A stretch of DNA of 64,000 bases from Minisyncoccota bacterium (GCA_035353995.1 DAOQAL010000001.1:209464-273463), one strand, 5' to 3'; counted from the stretch's first letter, positions 35,999 through 48,403 are shown. Translations and numbers: made by a program. The notes: generated from the letters alone by a model not told the origin.

Positions 35999-38900
35999 AT
36001 GCAAAAAGAAGCTAACCGTCCCAAAAAAGTTTTTTCAAGATATAAGAAGCCGTTAATAGAATTTCCCAATTTGATAGATGCACAAGTTAAGTCTTACAAA
36101 TGGTTAGTGGAAACTGGAATAAAAGAAGTTTTAAAAGAATTCTCTCCAATATCTGATTATTCTGGTAAAAAATTTCAATTAGAATTTACTTCTTTCTATC
36201 TTGGTGAGTCAAAATCTGATGAAAATGATTCAAAAATAAATAAAGTTTCTTATCAAGGACAATTAAAAGCAAGAGTAAAGCTTACTAATAAAATACTCGG
36301 AACAGTAAAAGAACAAGAAATATTTATGTCAGACTTACCGTTGATGACTTCACACGGTACTTTCATTATCAACGGAGTAGAACGTGTTATAGTTCCTCAA
36401 CTTGCACGTTCTTTCGGTTTTTTCTTTACAGAGTCTGAGTTAAAAGGAAAGAGATGTTTTGGTGCAAAAATTATTCCTGCAAGAGGAGTATGGATTGAAA
36501 TTGAATCTGAAGCCGATGGAGCAATTTATGTAAGAATAGATAAAAAGAGAAAGTTTCCAGTTACTGCATTATTGCGAGTAATGGGTTTTCATACTGATGA
36601 GATGATATTGAAAGAATTGAAAGGGGATAGTTTAATGGAAGAAACTATTAAGACTTGTTTTTCTAAAGATACAGCAAAAACACTTGAAGATGCATATATT
36701 GAAATATATAAACGTCTAAGAGATGGCGATATGGCAACAGCTGATAATGCGAAAGAGTTTATTGATTCATTATTTACTTCAGAAAGATATGATCTTTCTC
36801 CTGTTGGAAGATATCGTTTTAATAAAAGATTTGAAAAAAGTATGGACGAAGAAGAACTTACTCGTCGTACTATATCAAAAGAAGATTTAGTTACTGTAGT
36901 TATGAATATTATTAATTTGAACAGTAATCCTCAAGCAAAACCTGATGATATTGACCACTTAGGACAAAGACGTGTTCGTTTTGTTGGAGAAATGCTTCAA
37001 CAAAAGATTCGTACAGGAATGATGCAAATCAAAAGAAATATTCAAGACAGAATGTCAATTATTGATGTTGATACAGCTATGCCTATACAAGTTATTAACC
37101 AAAGACCTCTTCAAGCTCGTATAAAAGAATTTTTCACAACAAACCAACTATCTCAATTTATGAGTCAAGAAAACATTCTTGCTGAGATAGAACATATAAG
37201 ATTACTTTCTGCTCTTGGTCCAGGAGGACTTACTCGTGAACGTGCAGGCTTAGAAGTTCGTGATGTCCATCCTTCCCATTATGGAAGAGTTTGTCCAATT
37301 CATACGCCCGAAGGTCCGAACATCGGTCTTATTGTTCACCTTTCAACTTATTCTAGAATAAATGATTTTGGAATTATTGAAACACCATATGTGAAAGTAA
37401 AGAATGGAAAAATTACAAATGAAATAAGTTATCTAAATGCACTAGATGAAGAAAAATATAATATTGCTCATGCAGGAATTCCTTACGATGAAAATGGAGT
37501 AATAACAGAAAAAAAAGTTGAAGCAAGAATAAAAAATGTTCCAGGAATAATTTCTAAAGATGAAGTTGATTTTATTGATGTTGCAGCAAACCAAGCATTC
37601 TCTATTGCAACTTCAATGATTCCATTCTTGGAACATAATGATGCAAATAGAGCACTCATGGGATCAAACATGCAGAAGCAAGCTGTTCCTTGTATATCTC
37701 CAGAAGCACCTCTTGTTGCAACAGGAATTGAGGAATTAGCTTCTAGAGATTCAGGAAGATTGGTTATTGCAGAAGAAGCTGGAGTTGTAAGTTATGTAGA
37801 TTCTAAAAAAATAATAGTTCAAGGAAAAACAGAAAAAGTTTATCCACTTGTAAATTTCTTAAGAAATAATAACTTCTCTGCATTCCATCAACGTCCAAAT
37901 ATAAATATGGGAGATAAGGTTAAAAAGGGTGATGTATTAGCAGACACTTCAAGTACTGTAGGAGGACAAATTTCTATTGGTCAAAACATTTTTGTTGCAT
38001 TTCTTTCTTGGTCTGGTTCAAACTACGAAGACGCTATAATTATTTCTGAAAGATTAGTAAAGAGAAGTAAATTTACAAGTATTTATCTTGAAGAATTTAT
38101 TTGCACAGTGCGAGATACAAAACTTGGACCTGAAATAACTACTCGCGATATACCGAATGTTGGAGAAGTTAAATTAAAGGATTTGGATGAAGATGGAATT
38201 GTTAGAATAGGAGCTGAAGTTAGAGAGAATGATATTTTAGTTGGTAAAATTACACCAAAAGGTGAAACAGAACTTACACCAGAAGAAAGATTGCTCCGTT
38301 CAATTTTTGCTGAAAAAGCTCGTGATGTTAAAGATACTTCTTTACGTGTAGAACATGGGAAGAGAGGAAGAGTTATAGGAGTTAAAATTTTCTCTCGTGA
38401 TCTTGGACATACACTTGAAGCTGGAATAATTAAAAAAATAGTAATCGAAGTAGCTCAAGTTAGAAATATATCAGTTGGAGATAAACTTTCTGGACGTCAT
38501 GGTAACAAAGGAGTTATATCTACAATTTTACCTGAAGAAGATATGCCATATACAGCAGATGGTACTCCAGTTGATATAATTTTGTCTCCACTCGGTGTTC
38601 CTTCTCGTATGAACTTGGGACAGATTTTGGAAATGCATCTTGGTATGGCTGCAAATACATTAGGGTATCAAGCTATAGTTCCTCCTTTCTTAGGAGCAAG
38701 ACAAGAAGAAATAAAAGAAGAATTGAAAAAAGCAGGAATTCCTGAAAATGGAAAATTGAAACTTTTTGATGGACGAACAGGAGAAGCTTTTGGACAGGAT
38801 ATAGCTGTTGGATATATGTATATGTTGAAACTTCACCATATGGTAGAAGATAAAATACATATGCGTTCCATTGGTCCTTATTCGCTTATAACTCAACAAC

Positions 38901-39169
38901 CTCTTGGAGGAAAAGCTCAAGGTGGAGGACAGAGATTTGGAGAAATGGAAGTCTGGGCTTTGGAAGGTTATGGTGCTGCTTATACTTTGCGAGAAATGCT
39001 TACTATTAAGTCTGACGATATATTAGGTCGTTCTCAGACTTTTGATAATATTATTAAGAATGAACCTATTAAATCTCCAAACTCTCCAGCTTCTTTCAAT
39101 GTCATGTTGAATTATTTGCGTGGTCTTGCTTTAGATGTGAAGCTAGAAAAAGGTTTTGATCAGGAATAA
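35999..39169 (+). CDS. rpoB: DNA-directed RNA polymerase subunit beta (compact, 1056 aa)
   Basis: Conserved beta-subunit blocks throughout (…GPGGLTRERAG…, …NMQKQAVP…, …GGQRFGEMEVWALEGYGAA…). Confidence 0.95.
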   Translation: MQKEANRPKKVFSRYKKPLIEFPNLIDAQVKSYKWLVETGIKEVLKEFSPISDYSGKKFQLEFTSFYLGESKSDENDSKINKVSYQGQLKARVKLTNKILGTVKEQEIFMSDLPLMTSHGTFIINGVERVIVPQLARSFGFFFTESELKGKRCFGAKIIPARGVWIEIESEADGAIYVRIDKKRKFPVTALLRVMGFHTDEMILKELKGDSLMEETIKTCFSKDTAKTLEDAYIEIYKRLRDGDMATADNAKEFIDSLFTSERYDLSPVGRYRFNKRFEKSMDEEELTRRTISKEDLVTVVMNIINLNSNPQAKPDDIDHLGQRRVRFVGEMLQQKIRTGMMQIKRNIQDRMSIIDVDTAMPIQVINQRPLQARIKEFFTTNQLSQFMSQENILAEIEHIRLLSALGPGGLTRERAGLEVRDVHPSHYGRVCPIHTPEGPNIGLIVHLSTYSRINDFGIIETPYVKVKNGKITNEISYLNALDEEKYNIAHAGIPYDENGVITEKKVEARIKNVPGIISKDEVDFIDVAANQAFSIATSMIPFLEHNDANRALMGSNMQKQAVPCISPEAPLVATGIEELASRDSGRLVIAEEAGVVSYVDSKKIIVQGKTEKVYPLVNFLRNNNFSAFHQRPNINMGDKVKKGDVLADTSSTVGGQISIGQNIFVAFLSWSGSNYEDAIIISERLVKRSKFTSIYLEEFICTVRDTKLGPEITTRDIPNVGEVKLKDLDEDGIVRIGAEVRENDILVGKITPKGETELTPEERLLRSIFAEKARDVKDTSLRVEHGKRGRVIGVKIFSRDLGHTLEAGIIKKIVIEVAQVRNISVGDKLSGRHGNKGVISTILPEEDMPYTADGTPVDIILSPLGVPSRMNLGQILEMHLGMAANTLGYQAIVPPFLGARQEEIKEELKKAGIPENGKLKLFDGRTGEAFGQDIAVGYMYMLKLHHMVEDKIHMRSIGPYSLITQQPLGGKAQGGGQRFGEMEVWALEGYGAAYTLREMLTIKSDDILGRSQTFDNIIKNEPIKSPNSPASFNVMLNYLRGLALDVKLEKGFDQE

Positions 39170-39193
39170 TTATTAATAATAAATAAAAAATAT

Positions 39194-42100
39194 ATGAAAA
39201 CACTAAACACAACAGATTTTGATCATATCACACTCAAACTTGCTTCACCTGAACAAATAAAAGAATGGTCTTATGGAGAAGTTACAAAACCTGAGACAAT
39301 AAATTATCGTACTGGACGATCTGAAAGAGGTGGTTTATTTGATGAAAAAATATTTGGACCTGAGAAGGATTATGAATGTTATTGTGGAAAATATCGTCGT
39401 ATTAGATATAAGGATATAATTTGTGAAAAATGCGGAGTGGAAGTAACACGTTCTATTGTTCGTAGAGAAAGAATGGGACATATAGAGCTTTCAACTCCAG
39501 TTGCACATATTTGGTTTTTAAGAGGTGTTCCATCTAGAATGAGTATACTTCTTAATATTTCTGTCTCTGACCTTGAGAAGGTTATTTATTTTGCTGGTTA
39601 TATAATTACTAAAGTTTATGAAGAAGAAAAAGAAATTATATTAACAAACCTAGATAAAGAATATAAAACTAAATTAAAAAATACTACAGACGAAGAAACA
39701 AAAGAAAAATTAAAAACTTTACTTTCAAATACAAAAAAAGAAATTGGTGAAATTTATGAAGGAAAAGTTCTAAATGAAATTTCATTCCATCATTATTCTT
39801 TAAAATATGGAACTTGTTTTGAAGCAAATATAGGTGCTGAAGCAATTTATTCTATATTTAAAAATCTTGATTTGAATAAGTTAAAAGCTCATACAGAAAT
39901 GATGCTTGAAAAAGCAAGTATAGTAGAGAAAGAAAAATTACAGAAAAGACTTTCTCTAATTAGAGCTATGATTTATGCAAATATAAGACCAGAATGGATG
40001 CTTTTGACTGTAATACCTATTATTCCACCAGTTCTTCGTCCTATGGTTGCTCTTGATGGCGGTAGACATGCAACAAGTGATTTGAATGATCTTTACAGAA
40101 GAGTAATAAATAGAAATAATCGTTTGAAGAAATTGAAAGAAATAAATGCTCCAGATGTTATTTTGAGAAATGAGAAAAGAATTATTCAAGAAGCTGTAGA
40201 TGCATTAATTGATAACTCTATTGCAAAACAAAATGATAGTGTAGCAATGAGTCAATCACAAAAGAGAGCACTTAAATCTCTCTCTGATAATCTAAAATCA
40301 AAGCAAGGTCTTTTCCGTCAAAACTTACTTGGAAAGCGTGTAGACTACTCAGGCCGTTCTGTTATTGTTGTTGGACCTCAATTAAAACTAAATCAATGCG
40401 GACTTCCAAAACATATGGCATTGGAATTATTCCGTCCTTTTGTTATTTCAAAAATCCTTCAAGCAGAAATTGCATTTAACATAAGAGGAGCAAATAAACT
40501 TATTGAAGAACAAACTGCAGAAGTTTGGGCAATGTTAGAAGAAGTTATTCAAGGAAAATATGTTCTTCTAAACCGTGCACCTACTTTGCACAGACTTGGT
40601 ATTCAAGCTTTTAATCCTATTCTAATTGAAGGAAATGCTATTCAAGTTCATCCACTTGTTTGTCAGGCATTCAACGCAGACTTCGACGGTGACCAGATGG
40701 CAGTATATGTACCACTTTCAGATGAAGCTCAATCAGAAGCAAGAGAATTAATGGCAGCAAATAAAAATTTACTTAAACCTCAAAATGGTGATCCTATAGT
40801 TCATCCAAGTAAGGATATGGTGCTAGGATCATATTGGATGACTAAATCATGTGATGGTGAATTAGGAGAAGGAAAATATTTTTCAAGTCCAAATGCTGCA
40901 GTGTCAGCATACGATTATGGAATAGTTTCATTACGTGCAAAGATAAAAGTTATGTCTACTGATTCCTTGAAATATAAAAAACATAATGGGGGACTATTTG
41001 ACACAACAGTTGGTAAAATATTATTTAATAGTATATTGCCTAGTGACTTTGCTTTCATAAGTGACGAAATGACACAAAAAAGATTATCTGCATTAGTTGA
41101 TGAACTTATTATGTGTTATGGCGTTGATAACACTCCTCCTATATTGGATAAAATTAAGGAATTTGGTTACAAATATTCAACAAAATCTGGTACTACATGG
41201 GGTCTTGATAACGTCAAAGTTCCAGAAGAAAAACCAGCAATAATTGCAGAAGCAAAAAAACAAGAAGAAGTTGTTGTTTCAGAATGGAGAGAAGGTCTTC
41301 TTTCTGAAGAAGAAAGATATCAGAAAGTTATAGAGATTTGGACTCGTGCTAAAAAAGAATTGGAAAAAGTACTTCCAAAAACTTTGGATAAAAATGGTTC
41401 AACTTATGACTTATTTAATTCTGGAGCAAGAGGTACTATGACTTCTTTAGTACAGATGACAGGTATGAAAGGACTTATTCAAAACAACCAGGGTAGAACT
41501 CAAGAATTTCCTGTTATACCATGTTATCATGAAGGACTTTCACCAATTGAATATTTCGTTACAACTCATGGTGCTAGAAAAGGTGCATCAGATACTGCTC
41601 TTAACACTGCTAAAGCTGGATATCTAACTCGTAGATTAGTTGATGTTGCTCAGGATGTAGTTATTACAGAAGAAGATTGTGGAACGAAAGAAGGTAAAAT
41701 AGTAAAAAGAGAAAATATTTCTGGAATAGAAATTCCTCTTTCAAAAAATCTTCGTGGAAGAGTATTAGCAGCAGATTTGAAAGATAAGGACGGTAATGTT
41801 GTATATAAAAAAGGATTTCTAATTACAAAAGAAGAAGCTTATAACATTGAAGGAGCTGGTTTTACTGAAGTATTTGTTCGATCTCCTCTTACTTGCAATA
41901 CTGTTCATGGTATTTGTCAGAAATGTTATGGTCTTGATTTAGGAAGAAATCATCTTGTAGATTTAGGTGAAGCTGTTGGAATTATAGCTGCTCAAGCTAT
42001 TGGAGAACCTGGAACACAGCTTACACTTCGTACATTCCATGCTGGAGGAGTTGCTGGTACTGATATTACGACAGGTCTTCCTCGTGTTGAAGAAATTTTC

Positions 42101-42805
42101 GAAAGAAGAATTCCTAAGAACCCAGCTATTGTTTCTCAGACAGATGGTGAAGTAATAGAAGTAAAAGATAAAGATGGAAAAGAGAAAATAATAAAAGTTT
42201 TGTCTGATACAAAAGGTGATGGTAAATCAAATGAAATAGAATATTTAGCAGCATTTAGAAGAATACCAATAGTGAAAGTAGGAGATAAAGTAAAGAAAGG
42301 AGAACTTTTGACAGATGGATCCGCTGATATTGCAGAAATATTTAAGTATGGAGGTAAAGAATTAGTTGAAGAATATATTATCAGAGAAATAAATAAAGTT
42401 TATGAATTGCAAAGTGCTTCAATTTCTAGAAAACATACAGAAATAATTATTCGTCAAATGTTTTCAAGAAGAAAGATAAAAGATTCTGGAGAAACAAATT
42501 TCTCAAATGGTGATATTGTAGAAAACACAGCATTGGTTGAAGAAAATGCAAGAGTCGCAAGCATTGGTGGAAAAGAAGCAAAAGCAGAAATAGTTGCTCT
42601 TGGAATAACTGAAGTATCTCTACGAACAAAGAGTTGGCTTTCAGCTGCTTCTTTCCAAAATACTAATCGTGTATTAATCGAAAATGCAGTAAAGGGTGGT
42701 GTAGATTATCTAAGAGGCTTAAAAGAAAATGTAATTATTGGACGACTTATACCAGCAGGAACGGGATTTAAAAATAGAGAAAATCACGTTGAAGAGGAAG
42801 AATAA
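39194..42805 (+). CDS. rpoC: DNA-directed RNA polymerase subunit beta'
   Basis: Zn-binding CYCGKYRR…C…C and the NADFDGD catalytic motif (…[12 protein letters not shown]…). Confidence 0.95.
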   Translation: MKTLNTTDFDHITLKLASPEQIKEWSYGEVTKPETINYRTGRSERGGLFDEKIFGPEKDYECYCGKYRRIRYKDIICEKCGVEVTRSIVRRERMGHIELSTPVAHIWFLRGVPSRMSILLNISVSDLEKVIYFAGYIITKVYEEEKEIILTNLDKEYKTKLKNTTDEETKEKLKTLLSNTKKEIGEIYEGKVLNEISFHHYSLKYGTCFEANIGAEAIYSIFKNLDLNKLKAHTEMMLEKASIVEKEKLQKRLSLIRAMIYANIRPEWMLLTVIPIIPPVLRPMVALDGGRHATSDLNDLYRRVINRNNRLKKLKEINAPDVILRNEKRIIQEAVDALIDNSIAKQNDSVAMSQSQKRALKSLSDNLKSKQGLFRQNLLGKRVDYSGRSVIVVGPQLKLNQCGLPKHMALELFRPFVISKILQAEIAFNIRGANKLIEEQTAEVWAMLEEVIQGKYVLLNRAPTLHRLGIQAFNPILIEGNAIQVHPLVCQAFNADFDGDQMAVYVPLSDEAQSEARELMAANKNLLKPQNGDPIVHPSKDMVLGSYWMTKSCDGELGEGKYFSSPNAAVSAYDYGIVSLRAKIKVMSTDSLKYKKHNGGLFDTTVGKILFNSILPSDFAFISDEMTQKRLSALVDELIMCYGVDNTPPILDKIKEFGYKYSTKSGTTWGLDNVKVPEEKPAIIAEAKKQEEVVVSEWREGLLSEEERYQKVIEIWTRAKKELEKVLPKTLDKNGSTYDLFNSGARGTMTSLVQMTGMKGLIQNNQGRTQEFPVIPCYHEGLSPIEYFVTTHGARKGASDTALNTAKAGYLTRRLVDVAQDVVITEEDCGTKEGKIVKRENISGIEIPLSKNLRGRVLAADLKDKDGNVVYKKGFLITKEEAYNIEGAGFTEVFVRSPLTCNTVHGICQKCYGLDLGRNHLVDLGEAVGIIAAQAIGEPGTQLTLRTFHAGGVAGTDITTGLPRVEEIFERRIPKNPAIVSQTDGEVIEVKDKDGKEKIIKVLSDTKGDGKSNEIEYLAAFRRIPIVKVGDKVKKGELLTDGSADIAEIFKYGGKELVEEYIIREINKVYELQSASISRKHTEIIIRQMFSRRKIKDSGETNFSNGDIVENTALVEENARVASIGGKEAKAEIVALGITEVSLRTKSWLSAASFQNTNRVLIENAVKGGVDYLRGLKENVIIGRLIPAGTGFKNRENHVEEEE

Positions 42806-42811
42806 AATATT

Positions 42812-44560
42812 ATGAACTCTCCAGTTACACAAATTAAGGAGAGGCTTTCAATCGAAGATGTAGTCTCTTCTTATATAAAGTTAGAAAAAGCTGGCTCAAA
42901 TCTAAAAGCAAGGTGTCCATTTCATAATGAAAAAACACCATCTTTCTTTGTGTCTCCTGATAGGGGTAGTTACTATTGTTTTGGTTGTGGTGCAAAAGGT
43001 GACATATTCACTTTTGTAGAAGAATTTGAAGGTTTGGATTTTAAAGGAGCATTAAAACTTTTAGCTGATAAAGCAGGAATTGTATTGGAAAAATTCAACA
43101 AAGAAGAAGAAAGCGAGAAGGAAAGATTATATAGAATAATGGATGAATCTTCTAAATTTTTTGAGAATAATTTATCTAGCAATAAAGAAGTTTTAGCTTA
43201 TCTTAAAGCAAGAGGATTAAATGATGTTTCAATCGCAGATTTTAAAATTGGTTTTGTAAAAGAAGACTGGAGAGAATTATATTCTCATCTTATTAAAAAA
43301 GGTTTTAAAGATGCGGATATAGAAAAAGCAGGACTGATAAAAAAAACAGAAAAAGGATTTTATGATAGGTTCAGAGGACGAATTATGTTTCCAATTTCTG
43401 ATTCTAGCGGACGTATAATTGCATTTTCTGGAAGACTTTTTAGAGATGATGGAAAATCAGCAAAGTATTTAAATAGCCCAGATACTCCAATTTTTAGCAA
43501 ATCAGCAGTTCTTTATGGACTTGATAAAGCTAAAGAATCTATTCGAAAAAATAATTTTTCAATTTTAGTAGAAGGGCAATTTGATTTAGTTTTATCTCAT
43601 CAAGCTGGCTTTAAAAATACAATTGCAACTTCTGGAACTGCACTTACAGACTCAACTGTTTCTAAAGAAAATGTTGTTTCTAATTTGGGATTAGTTCGTA
43701 GAATTTCAAGTAATATAGTTCTTGCTTTCGACGCTGACAAGGCTGGTTTTAATGCATCAAGTCGTGCAAGTAAAATAGCATTATCTTTGGGAATGGATGT
43801 TAAAGTGGTTTCTTTACCAGATGGAGTTGATCCTGCTGATTTAATTTCTAAAACTGGTCCCCAGGCATGGCATGAAGCTATTCGTAATTCAAAACATATT
43901 ATTGAATTTTTACTTAATAAAATATTGAGTAAAACACAAAAAGATTCGCGATATATTGGTAGAGACGTGAAAGAAAAAATACTTCCATACGTCAACGCTC
44001 TTGATAGCTCAATTGAAAAGTCACATTTTATTAAATTAATAAGTGATATGTCTCAAATTCCAGAAAATGCCCTAAGAGATGATCTTAGAAAAGTTGAAAC
44101 TGAATTAAAATTTGAACAAAATGAAATTAAAGGTGCAGAAGAACATGAAAATAAGGTTTTCAAAAAAGATTATATAGAACGTAGATTGTTTGGAATTTTG
44201 CTTTGGCAAAAAACATTGCCAAAACAATCTTTGAATGTTGAAGAAATAACAAAAGAACTTTCAAATATTTTGGGAGTAAAGCCCGAAGAAGTTTTTATAG
44301 ATGTAGAAAATAACAAAGAGGATTTAATTTTTGAAGCAGAAATTTTTTATGGAAAAGAAGGGAATTTAAATAAAGACGTTTTGGAATTGTTGGAGAATCT
44401 GAAAGAGGAAAATTTAAAAGAAGAATTATCTAAAAAAATGAAAGAATTACATCTGGCTGATATGAATAAAGAAAAAGATAAGTCGACTCAAATTTTGAAA
44501 GAAGTAAATGAAATTAATAATAAGATACAAAATATTAAAAATGGTCGTGTTAAAAACTAA
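42812..44560 (+). CDS. dnaG: DNA primase
   Basis: Zinc-ribbon CPFHNEKTPSF…CFGCG, the TOPRIM (…EGQFDL…DAD…) domain and a helicase-interaction C-terminal region. Confidence 0.9.
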   Translation: MNSPVTQIKERLSIEDVVSSYIKLEKAGSNLKARCPFHNEKTPSFFVSPDRGSYYCFGCGAKGDIFTFVEEFEGLDFKGALKLLADKAGIVLEKFNKEEESEKERLYRIMDESSKFFENNLSSNKEVLAYLKARGLNDVSIADFKIGFVKEDWRELYSHLIKKGFKDADIEKAGLIKKTEKGFYDRFRGRIMFPISDSSGRIIAFSGRLFRDDGKSAKYLNSPDTPIFSKSAVLYGLDKAKESIRKNNFSILVEGQFDLVLSHQAGFKNTIATSGTALTDSTVSKENVVSNLGLVRRISSNIVLAFDADKAGFNASSRASKIALSLGMDVKVVSLPDGVDPADLISKTGPQAWHEAIRNSKHIIEFLLNKILSKTQKDSRYIGRDVKEKILPYVNALDSSIEKSHFIKLISDMSQIPENALRDDLRKVETELKFEQNEIKGAEEHENKVFKKDYIERRLFGILLWQKTLPKQSLNVEEITKELSNILGVKPEEVFIDVENNKEDLIFEAEIFYGKEGNLNKDVLELLENLKEENLKEELSKKMKELHLADMNKEKDKSTQILKEVNEINNKIQNIKNGRVKN

Positions 44561-44569
44561 ATTATAATT

Positions 44570-45775
44570 ATGAAGAAAAAAAACATAAAAAAAGTAAAGA
44601 AAAATAAGGTTAAAAAGAGCAAAATAAAAAAGGTTTCAAAAAAAATAAAAAAAACAAAAAAACCTGTAACTAAGAAAAAAACAGTTAAAAAATTAAGTAC
44701 TTCTGAAAAAAAATCTGAAGAATTAAATCGTTTAGCTGATGGAATTATAGCAAAAGGAAGAAAGAGAGGATTTGTTACTTATGATGAAATTTTGAAAACA
44801 TTTCCAAACATCGAAAATGATATTATCTTTTTAGATGAATTGTATGAAAAATTAACTGTTGCTGGAATAGATGTTCTTGAAGGAGGAAATCTTTTGAATT
44901 TAGATAATGATTTAAATGACTCTGATTTGAATAAATCTACTTTGCATGATTCGATTCAAATGTATTTAAAAGAAATAGGTCAATATCCTTTAATTTATGC
45001 TAGTGATGAAAAAGAATTGGCAAAAAGAATAGAGCATGGTGATATTGAAGCAAAGAATTTACTTGCAAGAGCAAACTTGCGTTTAGTAGTTTCAATAGCT
45101 AAAAAGTATGTTGGACGAAGTGCAAATTTAACCTTACTTGATTTGATACAAGAGGGGAATCTTGGTTTGTTTAAAGCTGTCGAAAAATTCGATTGGACTA
45201 AAGGATATAAATTTTCTACTTATGCAACTTGGTGGATTAGACAATCAATAACTCGTGCTTTGGCTGATCAATCACGTACAATTCGTATTCCAGTTCATAT
45301 GGTTGAAACAATTTCAAAATATAAACAAGTTCATAGAAGGCTAAGTCAAGATTTAGGAAGAGAGCCATTATCAGAAGAAATTGCTACTGAGATGGGTGTA
45401 CCTGTTGAAAAAATTCACACAATAGAAAATATAAGCCAAGAAACTATTTCTCTTGAACAACCTGTTGGTGACGATGATGATAAATCAACATTGGAAAACT
45501 TTATTCCAGATGAAAAGATTTTAAGACCTGATCAAGAATCTTCTCGTAGAATTTTAGCTGATCAAATAAGAGAAGTTCTAGACGAACTTAATCCAAAAGA
45601 AAGAAAAATTCTTGAAATGCGTTATGGATTGACTGATGGTATACAGCATACATTAGAAAGGGTAGGTGAAGAATTTCAAGTTACTCGTGAACGTATTCGT
45701 CAGATTGAAGCAAAGGTTCATGAAAAACTTCGTCAACATGAAAAAATTGCTCGCTTGAAAAACTATTTTGACTAG
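44570..45775 (+). CDS. rpoD: RNA polymerase primary sigma factor (sigma-70 family) with Lys-rich N-terminal extension
   Basis: Regions 1.2 (IQMYLKEIG), 2 (…[11 protein letters not shown]…[10 protein letters not shown]…), 3 and 4 (…LTDG…[21 protein letters not shown]…). Confidence 0.9.
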   Translation: MKKKNIKKVKKNKVKKSKIKKVSKKIKKTKKPVTKKKTVKKLSTSEKKSEELNRLADGIIAKGRKRGFVTYDEILKTFPNIENDIIFLDELYEKLTVAGIDVLEGGNLLNLDNDLNDSDLNKSTLHDSIQMYLKEIGQYPLIYASDEKELAKRIEHGDIEAKNLLARANLRLVVSIAKKYVGRSANLTLLDLIQEGNLGLFKAVEKFDWTKGYKFSTYATWWIRQSITRALADQSRTIRIPVHMVETISKYKQVHRRLSQDLGREPLSEEIATEMGVPVEKIHTIENISQETISLEQPVGDDDDKSTLENFIPDEKILRPDQESSRRILADQIREVLDELNPKERKILEMRYGLTDGIQHTLERVGEEFQVTRERIRQIEAKVHEKLRQHEKIARLKNYFD

Positions 45776-45778
45776 CGA

Positions 45779-45883
45779 GGAAATAATAAAAATTTATTTT
45801 TATTATTTCCGAGTGAAGTCAAAATATTGTATGCAGTTATATTTTGACTAAATAAAAAATCCCGCACATGCGGGATTTTTTAT
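45779..45883. terminator. three consecutive hairpins after rpoD ending in a bidirectional intrinsic terminator
   Basis: Hairpin 1: GGAAATAATAAAAAT/ATTTTTATTATTTCC (45779-45810). Hairpin 2: GTCAAAATAT/ATATTTTGAC (45818-45848). Hairpin 3: AATCCCGC-ACAT-GCGGGATT then T5 (45858-45883). Confidence 0.6.
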
Positions 45884-45890
45884 TGTATTA

Positions 45891-46595
45891 CTATCTTAGT
45901 TTTTCTATTTTTTGCATTATGGATTCATAAGATTCAGCTCCGTGCATCATTTCAACTATTTTTCCTTTTTTAACAATAAAACTTGATGGAGTACCAAGAC
46001 CATTTTGTATAATTCCTTTTTCTACTAACTGTTTTTCCAATGAACTTGCTCCTGTTTTGTATGTACTGATTTTTTCTTTATATTTTTCACTTGAAAGACA
46101 GTTTTCAAAAGATTCCATGTTAAGACCCAAATCATTGGCTATTTTGGAAAGTTCAGTTGTTTCTAATTTATTATTTGATTCTGTTCTTGCAAAAACTTCA
46201 TTTATATATTTCCAAAACATATCATTACCTCCTTGCTCCCAGGCACATTCTGTTGCTATTGCTTCGTGCTCTGATTTTGAATGAAGTTCAGAAATAGGGT
46301 AATGCCTATACACCCAAGCTACATTGCTATTTTCAGATACTACTTTCTGCATTGTTGAATGAAATACTTTACACCATGGGCATTCAGTATCTGAATATTC
46401 CACTATCATTATTTTTGCATTTTTATTTCCTAAAATATGTTCTTGATCTGAGACTTGTTCTATCTTAACTTTTTGCAATGCAGTATCGGCATTTGATGAT
46501 GAACTTTTATCTTTTAATAGAATAGCTCCTGCAATAATAAGTCCAGCTATTATTATAGCTCCAGCTATTTGATTTTGTTTTAGCTTGTTTCCCAT
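45891..46595 (-). CDS. DsbA-like thioredoxin-fold thiol:disulfide oxidoreductase, membrane-anchored
   Basis: N-terminal TM then CPWC active site (YSDTECPWCKVFH) in a thioredoxin fold. Confidence 0.7.
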   Translation of the reverse strand: MGNKLKQNQIAGAIIIAGLIIAGAILLKDKSSSSNADTALQKVKIEQVSDQEHILGNKNAKIMIVEYSDTECPWCKVFHSTMQKVVSENSNVAWVYRHYPISELHSKSEHEAIATECAWEQGGNDMFWKYINEVFARTESNNKLETTELSKIANDLGLNMESFENCLSSEKYKEKISTYKTGASSLEKQLVEKGIIQNGLGTPSSFIVKKGKIVEMMHGAESYESIMQKIEKLR

Positions 46596-46713
46596 AAATA
46601 TTTTTTATTATTACTAATACGCTAGTATAACATCTTTTTTATGCATGGTATACTATATTGTGGGTCCATTAATTTTACCAAATAATTTTTTTGTTCAATT
46701 TGATTTGGACAAA

Positions 46714-46719
46714 TAATAT
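46714..46719 (+). promoter_or_regulatory. leaderless-type -10 TAATAT, 6 nt upstream of ATG 46726
   Basis: TAATAT with a 6-nt spacer and no SD. Confidence 0.3.
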
Positions 46720-46725
46720 AAACAT

Positions 46726-47025
46726 ATGTGTAAAAATTGTAAAAGTTGTTGTTGCAAAGGCGGTTGCACTATGAGCATTATTGCTAAAATATTAGTAATA
46801 ATAGGAGGATTAAACTGGGGTATTATTGGAGTTGGTATGATTGTAGGCAAAATGAATTCATGGAATGTAGTTCATTTATTGCTTGGATCTGCACCTTCTC
46901 TTGAATTAATCATCTATTTGCTTGTAGGTATTGGTGCCGTAATAATGCTTTTTAACTGTAGTTGTAATAAATGCAGAGAAACTTGCAGAATTGAAGAAAA
47001 AAAAGAAGAAACACAAATGCAATAG
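46726..47025 (+). CDS. DUF378-like small membrane protein with Cys-rich termini
   Basis: Core …IIGGLNWGIIGVGM… resembles the DUF378 signature. N-terminal MCKNCKSCCCKGGC and C-terminal CSCNKCRETC clusters. Confidence 0.45.
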   Translation: MCKNCKSCCCKGGCTMSIIAKILVIIGGLNWGIIGVGMIVGKMNSWNVVHLLLGSAPSLELIIYLLVGIGAVIMLFNCSCNKCRETCRIEEKKEETQMQ

Positions 47026-47106
47026 TTTTTGAAAAAATATCATTAATTTAGCTATTTTAAGCACTTGCGGATTCTCTAAAAAAGTGATATTATTTTTGTC
47101 ATAAAT

Positions 47107-48381
47107 ATGTCTTCAGTTTCAACTACAATATATTTTATATTGACTTTTCTTTCTGTCTACGTGCAGGTTTTTTTCCTTTCAGTTTTTTTAGATAAAAGAA
47201 AAAAAATATTGGTAAGAAAGGGTACTATAGAGCTCAGTGAATATCCAGGGGTTACAGTAATTGTTCCATGTTATAACGAAGAAAAAACAATAACTGGGAC
47301 TATAGAATCTCTTCTTGATTTAGATTATCCAAAAGATAAATTAAAAATAATTGTTATTGATGATGGAAGCAAGGATCATACATGGGATACTATAAAAAAA
47401 TTTGAAGAACACCAAAATATTAAGATTCTTAAAAAAGAAAATGGTGGTAAATATACAGCACTCAATTTAGGGTTGAAGTATGTTGATACGCCATTTTTAG
47501 GTTGTCTTGATGCAGATTCTTTTGTAGATTCTCAAGCACTAAAAAGAATTATGACTTATTTTTATGATAGCCATGTTATGGCCGTTGCTCCATCAATTGT
47601 TGTTGATAAACCAAAAAATATTATACAGGGTGCACAAAAAGCAGAATATGACATGGCAATTTATACTAAAAAAATGCTTGCATTCTTGGGCGGTATACAT
47701 GTTACTCCTGGACCTTTTTCAATTTTTAGAAAAAAAGTTTTTGAGGATTTAGGCCCATATAGACATGCACATAATACTGAAGACCAAGAGATTGCTTTAC
47801 GTATGCAAAAAAATCATTATAAAATAGAACATTGTCCAGATGCATATGTATATACTGTTGCACCAAATTCAGTAGGAAAATTGTTTCGTCAAAGACAGAG
47901 ATGGATTTATGGCTTTTTAAGAAATGTTATAGATTACAAAAAAATCTTATTTAAGAAAAAATATGGTACAGTAGCTTTTTTTACATTGCCATCAGGTATT
48001 ATTTCTGTAATATCAGCTATATTTTTGTTAGGAATGGTTTTTTATAATATTATTGTTTTCCTAATAAACAAAATAATTCAAATAAATATTGCTGGTTTTA
48101 GTTCAATTAGCAATTTTTCTTTTGATTGGTTTTATTTTGACACAAAAACAATTTTCTTTATGTCAATACTTTTGTATTCATCGGTTGTATTTTCTCTTTT
48201 GATGGGAAGAAGAATGTTGGAGGGTAAAATTCGTTTTTCATTTGATATACTATATTTTGTAATAATTTATGGGGCATTAGCACCTTTTTGGCTTCTCAAG
48301 GCTGTTTTTAATACGATAAGATCAAAACAGGCTAGTTGGACGCTAGAAAGAGACGTCGGTTTAAAACTGGACGCAAATTAA
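47107..48381 (+). CDS. processive family-2 glycosyltransferase (PgaC/IcaA/NodC/cellulose-synthase-like) with TM domains
   Basis: GT2 motifs VIVPCYNEE, DDGSKD, DAD (CLDADS) and the processive Q(R/Q)xRW motif FRQRQRWIYG. N- and C-terminal TM helices. Confidence 0.8.
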   Translation: MSSVSTTIYFILTFLSVYVQVFFLSVFLDKRKKILVRKGTIELSEYPGVTVIVPCYNEEKTITGTIESLLDLDYPKDKLKIIVIDDGSKDHTWDTIKKFEEHQNIKILKKENGGKYTALNLGLKYVDTPFLGCLDADSFVDSQALKRIMTYFYDSHVMAVAPSIVVDKPKNIIQGAQKAEYDMAIYTKKMLAFLGGIHVTPGPFSIFRKKVFEDLGPYRHAHNTEDQEIALRMQKNHYKIEHCPDAYVYTVAPNSVGKLFRQRQRWIYGFLRNVIDYKKILFKKKYGTVAFFTLPSGIISVISAIFLLGMVFYNIIVFLINKIIQINIAGFSSISNFSFDWFYFDTKTIFFMSILLYSSVVFSLLMGRRMLEGKIRFSFDILYFVIIYGALAPFWLLKAVFNTIRSKQASWTLERDVGLKLDAN

Positions 48382-48387
48382 TCAAAC

Positions 48388-48396
48388 TGTTAATAT
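48388..48396 (+). promoter_or_regulatory. leaderless-type extended -10 TGtTAATAT, 7 nt upstream of ATG 48404
   Basis: TGnTAATAT with a 7-nt spacer. Confidence 0.4.
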
Positions 48397-48403
48397 AATA
48401 ATT